A DNA stretch of 64,000 nucleotides from Candidatus Anstonellales archaeon. Its GTDB lineage: Archaea > Micrarchaeota > Micrarchaeia > Anstonellales > J096. The stretch lies in assembly GCA_038890745.1 (NCBI GenBank), contig JAWAFD010000001.1, forward strand, positions 218,704-282,703, written 5' to 3'. Each line of letters opens with the position of its first letter. The first letter of the stretch is position 1. Position numbers and translations under genes: made by a program. The notes under the pieces were generated by a model, which was not told the origin of the DNA, searched no databases, and saw nothing but the letters and a program-made list of their open reading frames with translations. Shown in pieces: positions 39,139 through 47,208 of this stretch.

Positions 39139-39771
39139 CTATTCCCCTTCCTCTTCAATTTCGATTTTTTCGAAGTGGCTTAACGGATATTTAAACTCAC
39201 TGTAATTTTTTATGGTTCCGTTTTTTACCATCATCTCACGTGTGAGCAGCCAGAAAAACAACGCCAAGGATTTTCTTCCCTTGTTGTTCATAGGGATTAT
39301 AAAATCAACAAATTCGCTTGTGTTATCTGTATCCACCAATGCAATTACCGGAATATTCATCATCTTTGCTTCTCTCAGTGCCTCCCTTTCCCCTTTCGGG
39401 TCGCACACAACAATAATTTTTGGTTCTCTGAAGCTCTGCGAGTTTATATTGGTAAAAGTTCCCGGGTGGAACCTTCTGGTTATAACATCAAAACCTACGA
39501 GCTCCTTTGCTTTCAGCGCAGAGTTTCCTGAATACGTTCTTGTTGCAACAACACTTACCTCCTCTGGTTTGTAGTTTTTCAAAAGGTTGAATGCAAGCCT
39601 GAGCCTCTCATCTATCATCTTTAAATCTATTATGTATATCCCATCCTTTCTTTTCTTAAAAACAAACCTTTTCATGTCTCCTGTTCTTACCTTTGTACCT
39701 ATATGCACGCCCGCTTCAAGATATTTATCCGGGCTCACAAGCATTCCTTCTTCTTCCTCAGCCATCATCAT
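39139..39771 (-). CDS. rps2: 30S ribosomal protein uS2
   Basis: YLEAGVHIGT, RFHPGTFTN, IPMNNKGRKSLAL; start after GAGGAGG SD. Confidence 0.97.
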   Translation of the reverse strand: MMMAEEEEGMLVSPDKYLEAGVHIGTKVRTGDMKRFVFKKRKDGIYIIDLKMIDERLRLAFNLLKNYKPEEVSVVATRTYSGNSALKAKELVGFDVITRRFHPGTFTNINSQSFREPKIIVVCDPKGEREALREAKMMNIPVIALVDTDNTSEFVDFIIPMNNKGRKSLALFFWLLTREMMVKNGTIKNYSEFKYPLSHFEKIEIEEEGE

Positions 39772-39783
39772 CCTCCTCTTTTT

Positions 39784-39877
39784 TGGGGCCGCCGAGATTT
39801 GAATTTCCGTGCTTTTACAAGCATCTCGGATAACAGGCACCCCAAGCCTGCAGGATACCAGGTTACCTCACGGCCCC
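39784..39877 (-). tRNA. tRNA-Pro(GGG) with 21-nt non-canonical intron at position 53/54 (39804-39824)
   Basis: Reverse complement GGGGCCG...CAGGC-TTGGGGT-GCCTG...CCGAG|intron|TTCAAAT CTCGG CGGCCCC A; BHB central helix TCCG/CGGA. Confidence 0.92.
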
Positions 39878-39884
39878 TTGAGCA

Positions 39885-40082
39885 TCACATCTTTCTGTAC
39901 TTTATTACTTCATCCTCCAGCTCCACATGGGTTATGAACATCCTCCTGCAGCAGTATCTGCTTATTCCAAGCTCGTCCATCGCCTCCTTTGGGCTTTTCC
40001 CATCTGCGACAAGTTTTTTGTACTGCTCGTACATATGCCCTATAATCTTCCCGCATGTGAAACATCTTACTGGAAACTCCAT
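39885..40082 (-). CDS. rpoN: RNA polymerase subunit Rpo10 (N)
   Basis: PVRCFTCG, RYCCRRM. Confidence 0.98.
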   Translation of the reverse strand: MEFPVRCFTCGKIIGHMYEQYKKLVADGKSPKEAMDELGISRYCCRRMFITHVELEDEVIKYRKM

Positions 40083-40091
40083 TCTATCTCC

Positions 40092-40598
40092 TCACCTATA
40101 AGATTTTTGATACCTTGCCCTTGCCTTGGGCCCTTTGTATTTCTTCGGTTCTACCTGCCTTACATCATCAACTACAAGATGCTTATCAAGCTCGAAGTAT
40201 TTTTCCCTTAGCTTTTCATCCTCAAAATACTCCACAAGCCCCTTTGCGATCGCAGTTCTCGCTGCCTGCATCTGACCCATCACTCCCCCGCCCCTCACGC
40301 TAACATCTACATCAACCTTTGTTGCCCTCTCTCCTATGAGCGCGAACGGTTCCATTAATATTTCCTTTATATACCTATTGTCTATCGCGTTTATATCCAT
40401 CCTGTTTATCCTTATTCTTCCCTTCCCTTCGCGCACAACCGCCCTTGCAACCGCTGTTTTTCTCGTTCCCCTCTTTATAATCGCTTTAATTTCTCTTGCC
40501 TTCCTTCTTTTCACCTTCTGTTCGCTTGTTTTTTTCTGCGTGGGTTGTTTTTTTGTTTTCTTTTCCATATTTTTTGTCTTTTCTGCTTCCTCAGCCAT
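40092..40598 (-). CDS. rps9: 30S ribosomal protein uS9 with Lys-rich N-terminal extension
   Basis: GTRKTAVARA, VRGGG, EPKKYKGPKARARYQKSYR. Confidence 0.97.
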   Translation of the reverse strand: MAEEAEKTKNMEKKTKKQPTQKKTSEQKVKRRKAREIKAIIKRGTRKTAVARAVVREGKGRIRINRMDINAIDNRYIKEILMEPFALIGERATKVDVDVSVRGGGVMGQMQAARTAIAKGLVEYFEDEKLREKYFELDKHLVVDDVRQVEPKKYKGPKARARYQKSYR

Positions 40599-40599
40599 C

Positions 40600-41007
40600 C
40601 TACCCCCTCCATCCCAGCTCCTTGCACAGCTCACCAACGGTTATCTTCTTCGCAAGCTCTTTTGTTTCCATCTTTTCAGCCTTGTCAAAGTTTTTTGGAT
40701 TTCCTATATAAACACGAAGTTTTTTGAATGCATTCCTCCCCTTCGCTTTTTTCCTCGGTAGCATTCCCCTTATTACCCTTCTCACCAACAGGTTCGGGAC
40801 CTTTGGCCATTTAGGGCTCTTCTCTGGATTCTGCTTGCTTTTCAGCCTCCTTCTTACCCTATACCTTTCAACTATCTGATTTTTGTTTCCAGAGATAATT
40901 ATCTTTTCAGCATTTATCACATGAACCTCTTCATTGTTTATGAGATGCTTCGCAACCTTTGCAGCCATCCTTCCCAAAACAGCCCCGTCCCCATCGATTA
41001 CTATCAT
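40600..41007 (-). CDS. rpl13: 50S ribosomal protein uL13
   Basis: IDGDGAVLGRMAA, NAEKIIISG, RRVIRGMLP. Confidence 0.97.
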   Translation of the reverse strand: MIVIDGDGAVLGRMAAKVAKHLINNEEVHVINAEKIIISGNKNQIVERYRVRRRLKSKQNPEKSPKWPKVPNLLVRRVIRGMLPRKKAKGRNAFKKLRVYIGNPKNFDKAEKMETKELAKKITVGELCKELGWRG

Positions 41008-41017
41008 TTTTTGCACC

Positions 41018-41371
41018 TCATATAACAATCATCGCGTCCTTTGCCTCCTTATTTTTCTTATAATACTCCTCAATCTCTACACATTTCGCTCCGGCGCTTT
41101 CAATCATTCTTCTTGCACTCTCGCTGAAATTGAACGCAACAACATTAACCTTTTTTGTCAGTCTTCCGTTTCCGAGTACCTTTCCGGGTACGACAACCGT
41201 ATCTCCTTCTTTTGCAAGCTTTTCTATTTTGCTAATATTCACCTCAACCCTTCTCCTCTTTGGTTTTGCAAGAAGTTCAGCAACCCTTCTCCAGAATGGC
41301 TTCTGCTCCTTCCTAAGCGTATCCAGTATGCTCAGCAATCTCTCGTTTTCAGCGTTTGTTTTTATTTTCAT
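41018..41371 (-). CDS. rpl18e: 50S ribosomal protein eL18
   Basis: WRRVAE.L.KP.RRRVEVN, VVPGKVLG.G, FSESA. Confidence 0.96.
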   Translation of the reverse strand: MKIKTNAENERLLSILDTLRKEQKPFWRRVAELLAKPKRRRVEVNISKIEKLAKEGDTVVVPGKVLGNGRLTKKVNVVAFNFSESARRMIESAGAKCVEIEEYYKKNKEAKDAMIVI

Positions 41372-41435
41372 TTTTTCGCCCCTATTCGCTGTTTCCAGCT
41401 CGCCCCTTCTTCAGGGACTTGAAGGAGAAATAGTA
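41372..41435 (-). promoter_or_regulatory. Structured 5' leader (three-way junction) of rpl18e-rpl13-rps9 operon
   Basis: CTATTT/GAATAG closing helix enclosing CTTCA/TGAAG and GCTG-GAAA-CAGC hairpins; TATA TTATAAAA at 41460-41453. Confidence 0.45.
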
Positions 41436-41466
41436 TTCTTACGGAGAAAGGTTTTTATAATTATGC

Positions 41467-42402
41467 TCATACCATCCTTACTTTTTTCCCACCCCAAACA
41501 TCCCTCTCAAATCTTAATCCATACTTTCCTTTATGATAAACCGCTGGCTCAAGCGCCATTACGCTTCCCTTTATTTTATCCTTTGATTTTTCCTTCAGCC
41601 TTGGGAACTCATGCACCTCCAAACCTATTCCATGACCAACAGAGTGTGGCATTTTTTTCAGTTCTAATTTTTCAAAAATCCTCAGATATAGTTTATGCAC
41701 ATCTCCTCCGGTTTCGCACTCATTCAAACCATCAACAATTTCATGGAACGCATTCTCCAACCTTTCGTACTCCTCTTTTGCTTTTTTATTTCCAAAAAAG
41801 AAAACCTGAGAAATGTCTGAGCAATAATGTTCATGCTTTACCCCAAAATCAATCAGCAATATTTCTTTCAGTTTTCTATCCCCAACCCTTGCATGCGGGA
41901 TTGCAGAGTTTTCATCCACAGCAACGATGGGCTCAAACGCCAACTCAACCCCTCTCTCAACCGCTTTCATTTTCAGCATTTTTTCTATCTCCCTCTCACT
42001 CATCCCTTTTCTTACCTCCGCTCCAGTTTCAAAAATAATCCCGCTCGCAATTTTCACAGCCTTTCTTATTTTTTCAACCTCCCACCCTTTCTTCAGCATT
42101 CTCATTCTGAAAAGCTCTTCGCTTACATTCCTTACCCTCCTCGCATTCTTCTCAATTCTCATGCAAAAATAGGCGCTCATGTTTTTTGCATCCAGCTCTA
42201 TGTTCTTTCCTTTCACGAGTTTTTCAAATTTTTTCCACTCAAAGATCTTCCTTTTTCCGCTAAGCTTATCGTAAAATATCTCTTTCTTTCCGTTATTGTG
42301 GATTACAAGAACCCCGGGCACCTCATCTTTTGTAATATAATAATAGTTTGGGTTGAAATGCTCAAGGGAAGAAATAACTTTCATGGGGAATGCTTTACGC
42401 AT
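41467..42402 (-). CDS. M24 family Xaa-Pro peptidase
   Basis: AIPH, LIDFG, YCSDIS, HSVGHGIGLEVHE, ALEP, RFE. Confidence 0.92.
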   Translation of the reverse strand: MRKAFPMKVISSLEHFNPNYYYITKDEVPGVLVIHNNGKKEIFYDKLSGKRKIFEWKKFEKLVKGKNIELDAKNMSAYFCMRIEKNARRVRNVSEELFRMRMLKKGWEVEKIRKAVKIASGIIFETGAEVRKGMSEREIEKMLKMKAVERGVELAFEPIVAVDENSAIPHARVGDRKLKEILLIDFGVKHEHYCSDISQVFFFGNKKAKEEYERLENAFHEIVDGLNECETGGDVHKLYLRIFEKLELKKMPHSVGHGIGLEVHEFPRLKEKSKDKIKGSVMALEPAVYHKGKYGLRFERDVWGGKKVRMV

Positions 42403-42517
42403 AATCCTTTAAAATACTGCTCCATCTTTTTGTCCTTCAATTATTAGCCTATAACTTATCCCTACATTTTTATTTAAAAAAGTAAAATTTATAAATATGT
42501 AGTGGTAAGAATTATGC

Positions 42518-43420
42518 ATGGTGACTATTAAAAAAAGAATTATTGGGAAGCAAACATATTATTACCTAGAGCATACCCTGAGAAAAAATGGCAAGGTGGA
42601 AAAGAAAGAAAAATACATTGGAAAGGTTATACCGAATAATGTTCAGGACATGAAGAAAGAGTTTCTTTCTGAAATTTATAAGGAAAAATGGTACCCATTA
42701 TTCTATAGAATAAAAGAAAACTTTTCTAAAGAAATAAGACGAATGCCGAGCTTTGCTGCAGAAAAAGAAACCGAAACATTTGCAATTAAATTTACTTATG
42801 ATACGCAGAGAATAGAGGGTTCAAAACTAACGCTGAAGGAAACTGCGGATTTACTTGAGAGAGGGATTACACCAGCAGCAAAACCAATCCAGGACGTTAA
42901 GGAAGCGGAGGCGCACAAAAAGATTTTTTATGAAATGTTAAAATACAAAAAAGACCTCTCTCTGCAGATTGTTTTGTACTGGCACAAAAAGCTTTTTGAG
43001 CTGTCCAAGCCAGATATAGCCGGAAAAATAAGAAATTATCAAGTAAAAATTTCTGGTAGCAGGTTTGTTCCGCCCCTTCCTGCAGAGGTCTACCCCTTGT
43101 TAAGAGAGTTTTTTAGATGGTATAACAAAAATAAAAGTAAACTACATCCAGTTGAGCTGGCAGCGCTGGTGCATTTGAAATTTGTAACCATTCACCCGTT
43201 TGCAGATGGCAATGGTAGGATATCTAGATTACTAATGAACTTTGTCTTGAAGAAGCATGGCTACCCGATGCTTACCATTCCTTATGAAAAAAGAACAAGT
43301 TATTACAACGCGCTTGAAAGGTCTCAGATTAAAAAGATGGATAATATCTTCTTACAATGGTTTTTCAGGAGGTATGTTAAGGAATTTGAGAGGTATCTCA
43401 AAGCCGGAGGTAAGCCCTGA
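42518..43420 (+). CDS. Fic family protein
   Basis: Canonical HPFADGNGRISR and TQRIEGS inhibitory-helix-like motif. Confidence 0.95.
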   Translation: MVTIKKRIIGKQTYYYLEHTLRKNGKVEKKEKYIGKVIPNNVQDMKKEFLSEIYKEKWYPLFYRIKENFSKEIRRMPSFAAEKETETFAIKFTYDTQRIEGSKLTLKETADLLERGITPAAKPIQDVKEAEAHKKIFYEMLKYKKDLSLQIVLYWHKKLFELSKPDIAGKIRNYQVKISGSRFVPPLPAEVYPLLREFFRWYNKNKSKLHPVELAALVHLKFVTIHPFADGNGRISRLLMNFVLKKHGYPMLTIPYEKRTSYYNALERSQIKKMDNIFLQWFFRRYVKEFERYLKAGGKP

Positions 43421-43460
43421 AAAGGAAAAACATTTAAAACTTATTTTATGAAAAAAAACC

Positions 43461-43790
43461 ATGCGCCCCCTTTCGATGCTAGTCAACGTAGCAACTGTTT
43501 TGCTTGTGCTTTTTCTCATTCTTGAGTTTTTTTATGAAATAACATTGGCCAAGGAGATAATATTTGCTTTGAGCGTGCTCATTCTTGTTGATTTGGTTGC
43601 GAGATTTTATGCCGCGAAGAACAAGCTGTCATTTTTAAAGTTAAACTTTTTTGAGATTCTATCCTTTCTTCCATTTCTAGAGGGATTGAGGATGCTGAGG
43701 ATAGAGTCAACTATTTTGAGGCTAGCCAGACCTGTTATGAACATAGTCAACATACTATCGAGCCTTTCCAGCTTGAGGTGGATGAAATGA
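43461..43790 (+). CDS. Small membrane protein resembling an isolated voltage-sensor (S1-S4) domain
   Basis: DLVARF (S2), FLKLNFFEILSFLPF (S3), LRMLRI...LRLAR (S4-like). Confidence 0.6.
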   Translation: MRPLSMLVNVATVLLVLFLILEFFYEITLAKEIIFALSVLILVDLVARFYAAKNKLSFLKLNFFEILSFLPFLEGLRMLRIESTILRLARPVMNIVNILSSLSSLRWMK

Positions 43791-44776
43791 GGATAGTCCT
43801 GGACCCAGAGGTTTTTTCTCAGGATTTCATGCCCCCGGCTATTCTTCACAGGGAAACACAGATAAACTCGCTTAAACTTCTGTTTTCAAAAGGAACTGCA
43901 AACGCACTTCTCTATGGCCCTCCGGGAACAGGAAAGACAACAGTTGCAAAATATACTGCAGAACAGCTTTCAGAAGTTAAGAAACTCTCAAAACTATACA
44001 TAAACTGCTGGCACCTTTCCACAAAATCGGCAATCTTTAGTTATATAAACACTCAATTTGGAATCATCTCTCCTAGAAGAGGGGTGAGCAAGGAGGAGCA
44101 GTTCGAATGTTTTGTCCAGCAGTTCCCAAAAACCCGGGAGGTTTTTTTCATTCTTGATGAGGTTGATGCTATTAAGGATGGAGCGCTTTATGATATGCTT
44201 AGGTTGAAGGAGGTATATTCCTTGAAGGCGAGCGTTGTTGGAATAACAAACGTTCCGAATTTTCTTTCAAGGCTTGATGCCCGTGCAAGAAGCTCCTTTT
44301 CCTCAGCAATAGAATTCCCTCCCTACAAACCCAATGAGTTGAAGGATATACTTAAGGAGAGGGCCATTACCGGGCTTATGCCGAACACCTGGGATGAGGA
44401 TGTGATAGCAAAATGCGCCGGCTTCGCCGCAAAATACGGAGATGCAAGGATCGGTATTTCCCTTCTCTACAATTCCGCTCTTATTGCAGAAGAGGAGGAG
44501 GAAAGAATAAAGATTCAGCATGTTGAGAAAGCGAAGAGCAGAACGATTGTTCATTTAGTAGAAGCTGAGAAGCAGCAGCTTGGGGAGAATGAGAAAAAGA
44601 TTCTCACCCTCGTAGAAAGCGCTGGAGCGATTTCAGTTTCAGAACTCTACCCAAAAGTAAGAGGGATAAGCGAAAGAACCGTACGGGAAATTTTGGATTT
44701 GCTTGAGGGAAAGGGGTTTATAGTTATTGAGAATGTAGAAGGAAAAAGAGTAGTGAGGGTAAGGTTTAAGGTTTGA
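43787..44776 (+). CDS. cdc6: Orc1/Cdc6 family AAA+ replication initiator
   Basis: P.AILHRE, GPPGTGKT, YINC, ILDEVD, FPPY...LKDILKER, GDAR, C-terminal wHTH. Confidence 0.9.
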   Translation: MRIVLDPEVFSQDFMPPAILHRETQINSLKLLFSKGTANALLYGPPGTGKTTVAKYTAEQLSEVKKLSKLYINCWHLSTKSAIFSYINTQFGIISPRRGVSKEEQFECFVQQFPKTREVFFILDEVDAIKDGALYDMLRLKEVYSLKASVVGITNVPNFLSRLDARARSSFSSAIEFPPYKPNELKDILKERAITGLMPNTWDEDVIAKCAGFAAKYGDARIGISLLYNSALIAEEEEERIKIQHVEKAKSRTIVHLVEAEKQQLGENEKKILTLVESAGAISVSELYPKVRGISERTVREILDLLEGKGFIVIENVEGKRVVRVRFKV

Positions 44777-44829
44777 AAAGAGCAGGCAACAAAAACCATT
44801 TTAAACCCTTCCCTATAGAAATTCTATTA

Positions 44830-45255
44830 ATGGGATCAGAAATAAAAGTAGGAGAGGTAATGAGAAAAACCGTAGTAACAGCGAGTAAGGACAGCACAGT
44901 TACAGAAGCAGCCTCTCTTATGAAAAAGTATAATGTTGGCTCCGTTATCGCATTGGATAATGGGAAGGCGGTTGGCATCCTTACAGAGCGGGATATAGTG
45001 AGGAAGGTCGTTGCGGTATCCAAGAATCCAGCGGAAGTGAAGATTGGCGAGGTTATGTCGAGACCTTTAAGGGTGATTACTCCACAGGTTTCGCTTGAGG
45101 ATGCAGCAAAGACGATGAAAAAGTTTGGTGTAAGGCGCCTTCCTGTTATAAATGAGAGCGGAGAGCTGGTCGGCATAATAACAGAGAACGACATAATGAA
45201 GCTTTTCCCTTCGGTTGTTGACCTTATAGAGGAGAAGGCTGCTCTTCAAGGATGA
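44830..45255 (+). CDS. CBS domain pair protein
   Basis: VGILTERDI, RRLPVI...LVGIITENDI. Confidence 0.92.
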   Translation: MGSEIKVGEVMRKTVVTASKDSTVTEAASLMKKYNVGSVIALDNGKAVGILTERDIVRKVVAVSKNPAEVKIGEVMSRPLRVITPQVSLEDAAKTMKKFGVRRLPVINESGELVGIITENDIMKLFPSVVDLIEEKAALQG

Positions 45256-45260
45256 TGCTC

Positions 45261-45321
45261 ACTGCGCGTGGATGGCACCGCGAAAGGCATGAGCGTTCTG
45301 CCAACCCCGCGCAGCACACCT
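45261..45321 (+). ncRNA. Single-hairpin H/ACA box pseudouridylation guide sRNA with K-loop
   Basis: Stem CTGCGCG/CGCGCAG, pocket TGGATG/CAACCC, K-loop CGC-GA...AT-GA-GCG, ACA at 45316-45318, 14 nt from the pocket top. Confidence 0.75.
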
Positions 45322-45354
45322 TCCTGCTTTTTCTGGTTCCATGGAAATAAGAGT

Positions 45355-45618
45355 ATGAGGGTTGAAGTAAGAGTGATTCCAAATGCGAACCGGTTTGCAA
45401 TCAGGCTAGAGAATGGTGTGCTGAAAGTTTGGGTTGAAAGCAAGCCGGAGAAGGGAAAAGCAAACAGGGAGCTTGTTCAAAAGCTCAGCGAAATATTCGG
45501 AAGTGCCGAGCTTGTTTCAGGGCAGAAATCCCGTAGGAAGTTTGTTGAGGTGCAGGGAGATGAGGAATACTTACGAAGAAAAATCGAAAGCATTGAAAGC
45601 GTTGGAAAACATTCTTGA
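45355..45618 (+). CDS. DUF167 (UPF0235/YggU) protein
   Basis: VRVIPNA, PEKGKANREL, LVSGQKSRRK. Confidence 0.88.
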   Translation: MRVEVRVIPNANRFAIRLENGVLKVWVESKPEKGKANRELVQKLSEIFGSAELVSGQKSRRKFVEVQGDEEYLRRKIESIESVGKHS

Positions 45619-45937
45619 GGACCTAAGGAATGGGTTTGTGGTTGTTGAGGGTGAGAAGGATGCTGCATCGCTTGCAGAGTGCGGTATAACTGCGATTCCA
45701 GTTTCAGGAAGGGAGGTCTCAGCCATACGTGCAGAGGGTAACGTGATCATTCTCACCGACCTTGATGAAGCAGGGGATGAGCTGGCTAGAATGCTTCAGA
45801 GGGAGTTCGTTTCCAGAAAGAGTGTAAGGAAGGTTGATTCCTCAACAAGAATCAAACTGGGAGGACTGCTGAAGCTCGTACATTTTGAGAACTTTTCCGA
45901 AAAGCTTGAAAAAACAAAAAAAGAATTGGAGGTGTAA
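45560..45937 (+). CDS. Small Toprim-domain protein (RNase M5/UPF0292-like)
   Basis: VVEGEKD, ILTDLDEAGDEL. Confidence 0.85.
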   Translation: MRNTYEEKSKALKALENILEDLRNGFVVVEGEKDAASLAECGITAIPVSGREVSAIRAEGNVIILTDLDEAGDELARMLQREFVSRKSVRKVDSSTRIKLGGLLKLVHFENFSEKLEKTKKELEV

Positions 45938-45939
45938 GT

Positions 45940-47208
45940 ATGTCAAAAATATATATAGATACAGTAAAGTATTTGGTGTATGCAAACTTTGAGGTGGACG
46001 GGATAGTTGACAAGCCGGATGTTGTAGGAGCGATATTCGGTCAGACAGAGGGCTTGCTTGGAGAAGACCTTGATCTAAGGGACTTGCAGAAAAACGGGAG
46101 GATAGGAAGGATTGAAGTAGATTTGACTGTTCAGAAGGGAAAAACATACGGGGTTATAAAGATTCCTTCAAGTTTGGACATGGTCGAGACATCAATAATC
46201 GCAGCTGCTCTAGAGACGGTAGATCGGGTCGGGCCGTGTGATGCAAAAATAACATCCTCGCGGGTTGAGGATACGAGAAATGAGAAGAGAAGAAGGATAA
46301 TAGAAAGGGCTAAGGAGTTGTTGAAAAACCTTCTTGCAACAGAGATTCCTGAGAGCCGGGAGATAAGCGATATGGTAAGGCTTGAGGTGAAAACAGCAGA
46401 GATAACCCCATACGGACCTGAGGGATTGCCAGCAGGCCCGGCAGTGCAGAGCTCAGATTCGATAATTCTTGTTGAAGGAAGGGCCGATGTGATAAACATG
46501 CTGAGAAACGATATCACAAATGTAATAGCAATAGGCGGCGCAAAGGTTCCGAAGACAATCGTGGAGCTTTCAAAGAAAAAGGAGGTTACCGTTTTCCTCG
46601 ATGGCGACAGAGGAGGGGATATAATACTCAATGAACTGCTGGATGCGGGTGTTGAGATCGATTTCGTTGCAAGGGCCCCTGTTGGTAGGGAGGTTGAGGA
46701 GCTTACAAGAAAAGAGATAATAAAATGCCTTCGCAACAAGATTCCTTCAGAGCAGGAGACAACCTCTCCAGCTAAGCCGTACAGAAAAGAGCAGGTCTTC
46801 AAGCAGGAGGAAAGGCAAACGGTGAGGGAAGAGGGAAGAGAAATAAAGGAAGCCAAAGAAGAGAAGAAGAGTGAGGAAAAGAAAAAAGAAGAAAAGCCGA
46901 AAAAAGTTCTGCGGATGCCAACTGAAAAGGACATGAATTTTCTTAGAGAAGAGCTTAACACGCTCGCAGATACCTTAAAGGCAAGATTTTATGATGAGGA
47001 CCTGGCGCTGATTTCAGAGGTTCCGGTAAGGGATCTGATAAAAACCCTTACAGAATCAGAGGATGTTTTCGGTGTTGTGTTTGACGGAATAATCACCCAA
47101 AGGCTTGCGGACCTTGCCTCTGAGAAAGGCGTGAGGGTGCTTGTAGGCTTGAAGCTTGGAAACGTAAACAAAAAACCAGAAAACCTTGAGATAGTGGTAG
47201 CAAGATGA
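45940..47208 (+). CDS. dnaG: Archaeal DnaG-type primase / exosome-associated protein
   Basis: DVVGAIFGQTEGLLG, VEGRADV, FLDGDRGG, FDGIITQRL. Confidence 0.96.
   Translation: MSKIYIDTVKYLVYANFEVDGIVDKPDVVGAIFGQTEGLLGEDLDLRDLQKNGRIGRIEVDLTVQKGKTYGVIKIPSSLDMVETSIIAAALETVDRVGPCDAKITSSRVEDTRNEKRRRIIERAKELLKNLLATEIPESREISDMVRLEVKTAEITPYGPEGLPAGPAVQSSDSIILVEGRADVINMLRNDITNVIAIGGAKVPKTIVELSKKKEVTVFLDGDRGGDIILNELLDAGVEIDFVARAPVGREVEELTRKEIIKCLRNKIPSEQETTSPAKPYRKEQVFKQEERQTVREEGREIKEAKEEKKSEEKKKEEKPKKVLRMPTEKDMNFLREELNTLADTLKARFYDEDLALISEVPVRDLIKTLTESEDVFGVVFDGIITQRLADLASEKGVRVLVGLKLGNVNKKPENLEIVVAR

Noticed and set aside
41130-42447. Long antisense ORFs (41130-42038, 41827-42447; also 6368-7114, 46131-46961)
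   Set aside because: F/S/L-rich shadows of K/E-rich genes on the opposite strand.
42420-44776. Replication origin or integrated element around fic-cdc6
   Set aside because: No ORB/mini-ORB repeats, integrase or att repeats recognised; downstream genes are core.
45268-45354. N-terminal extension of the DUF167 ORF (likewise extensions of uS2 at 39840 and of ORF 53871)
   Set aside because: These extensions run across RNA genes (H/ACA sRNA, tRNA-Pro, tRNA-Val); downstream ATGs fit the protein families.
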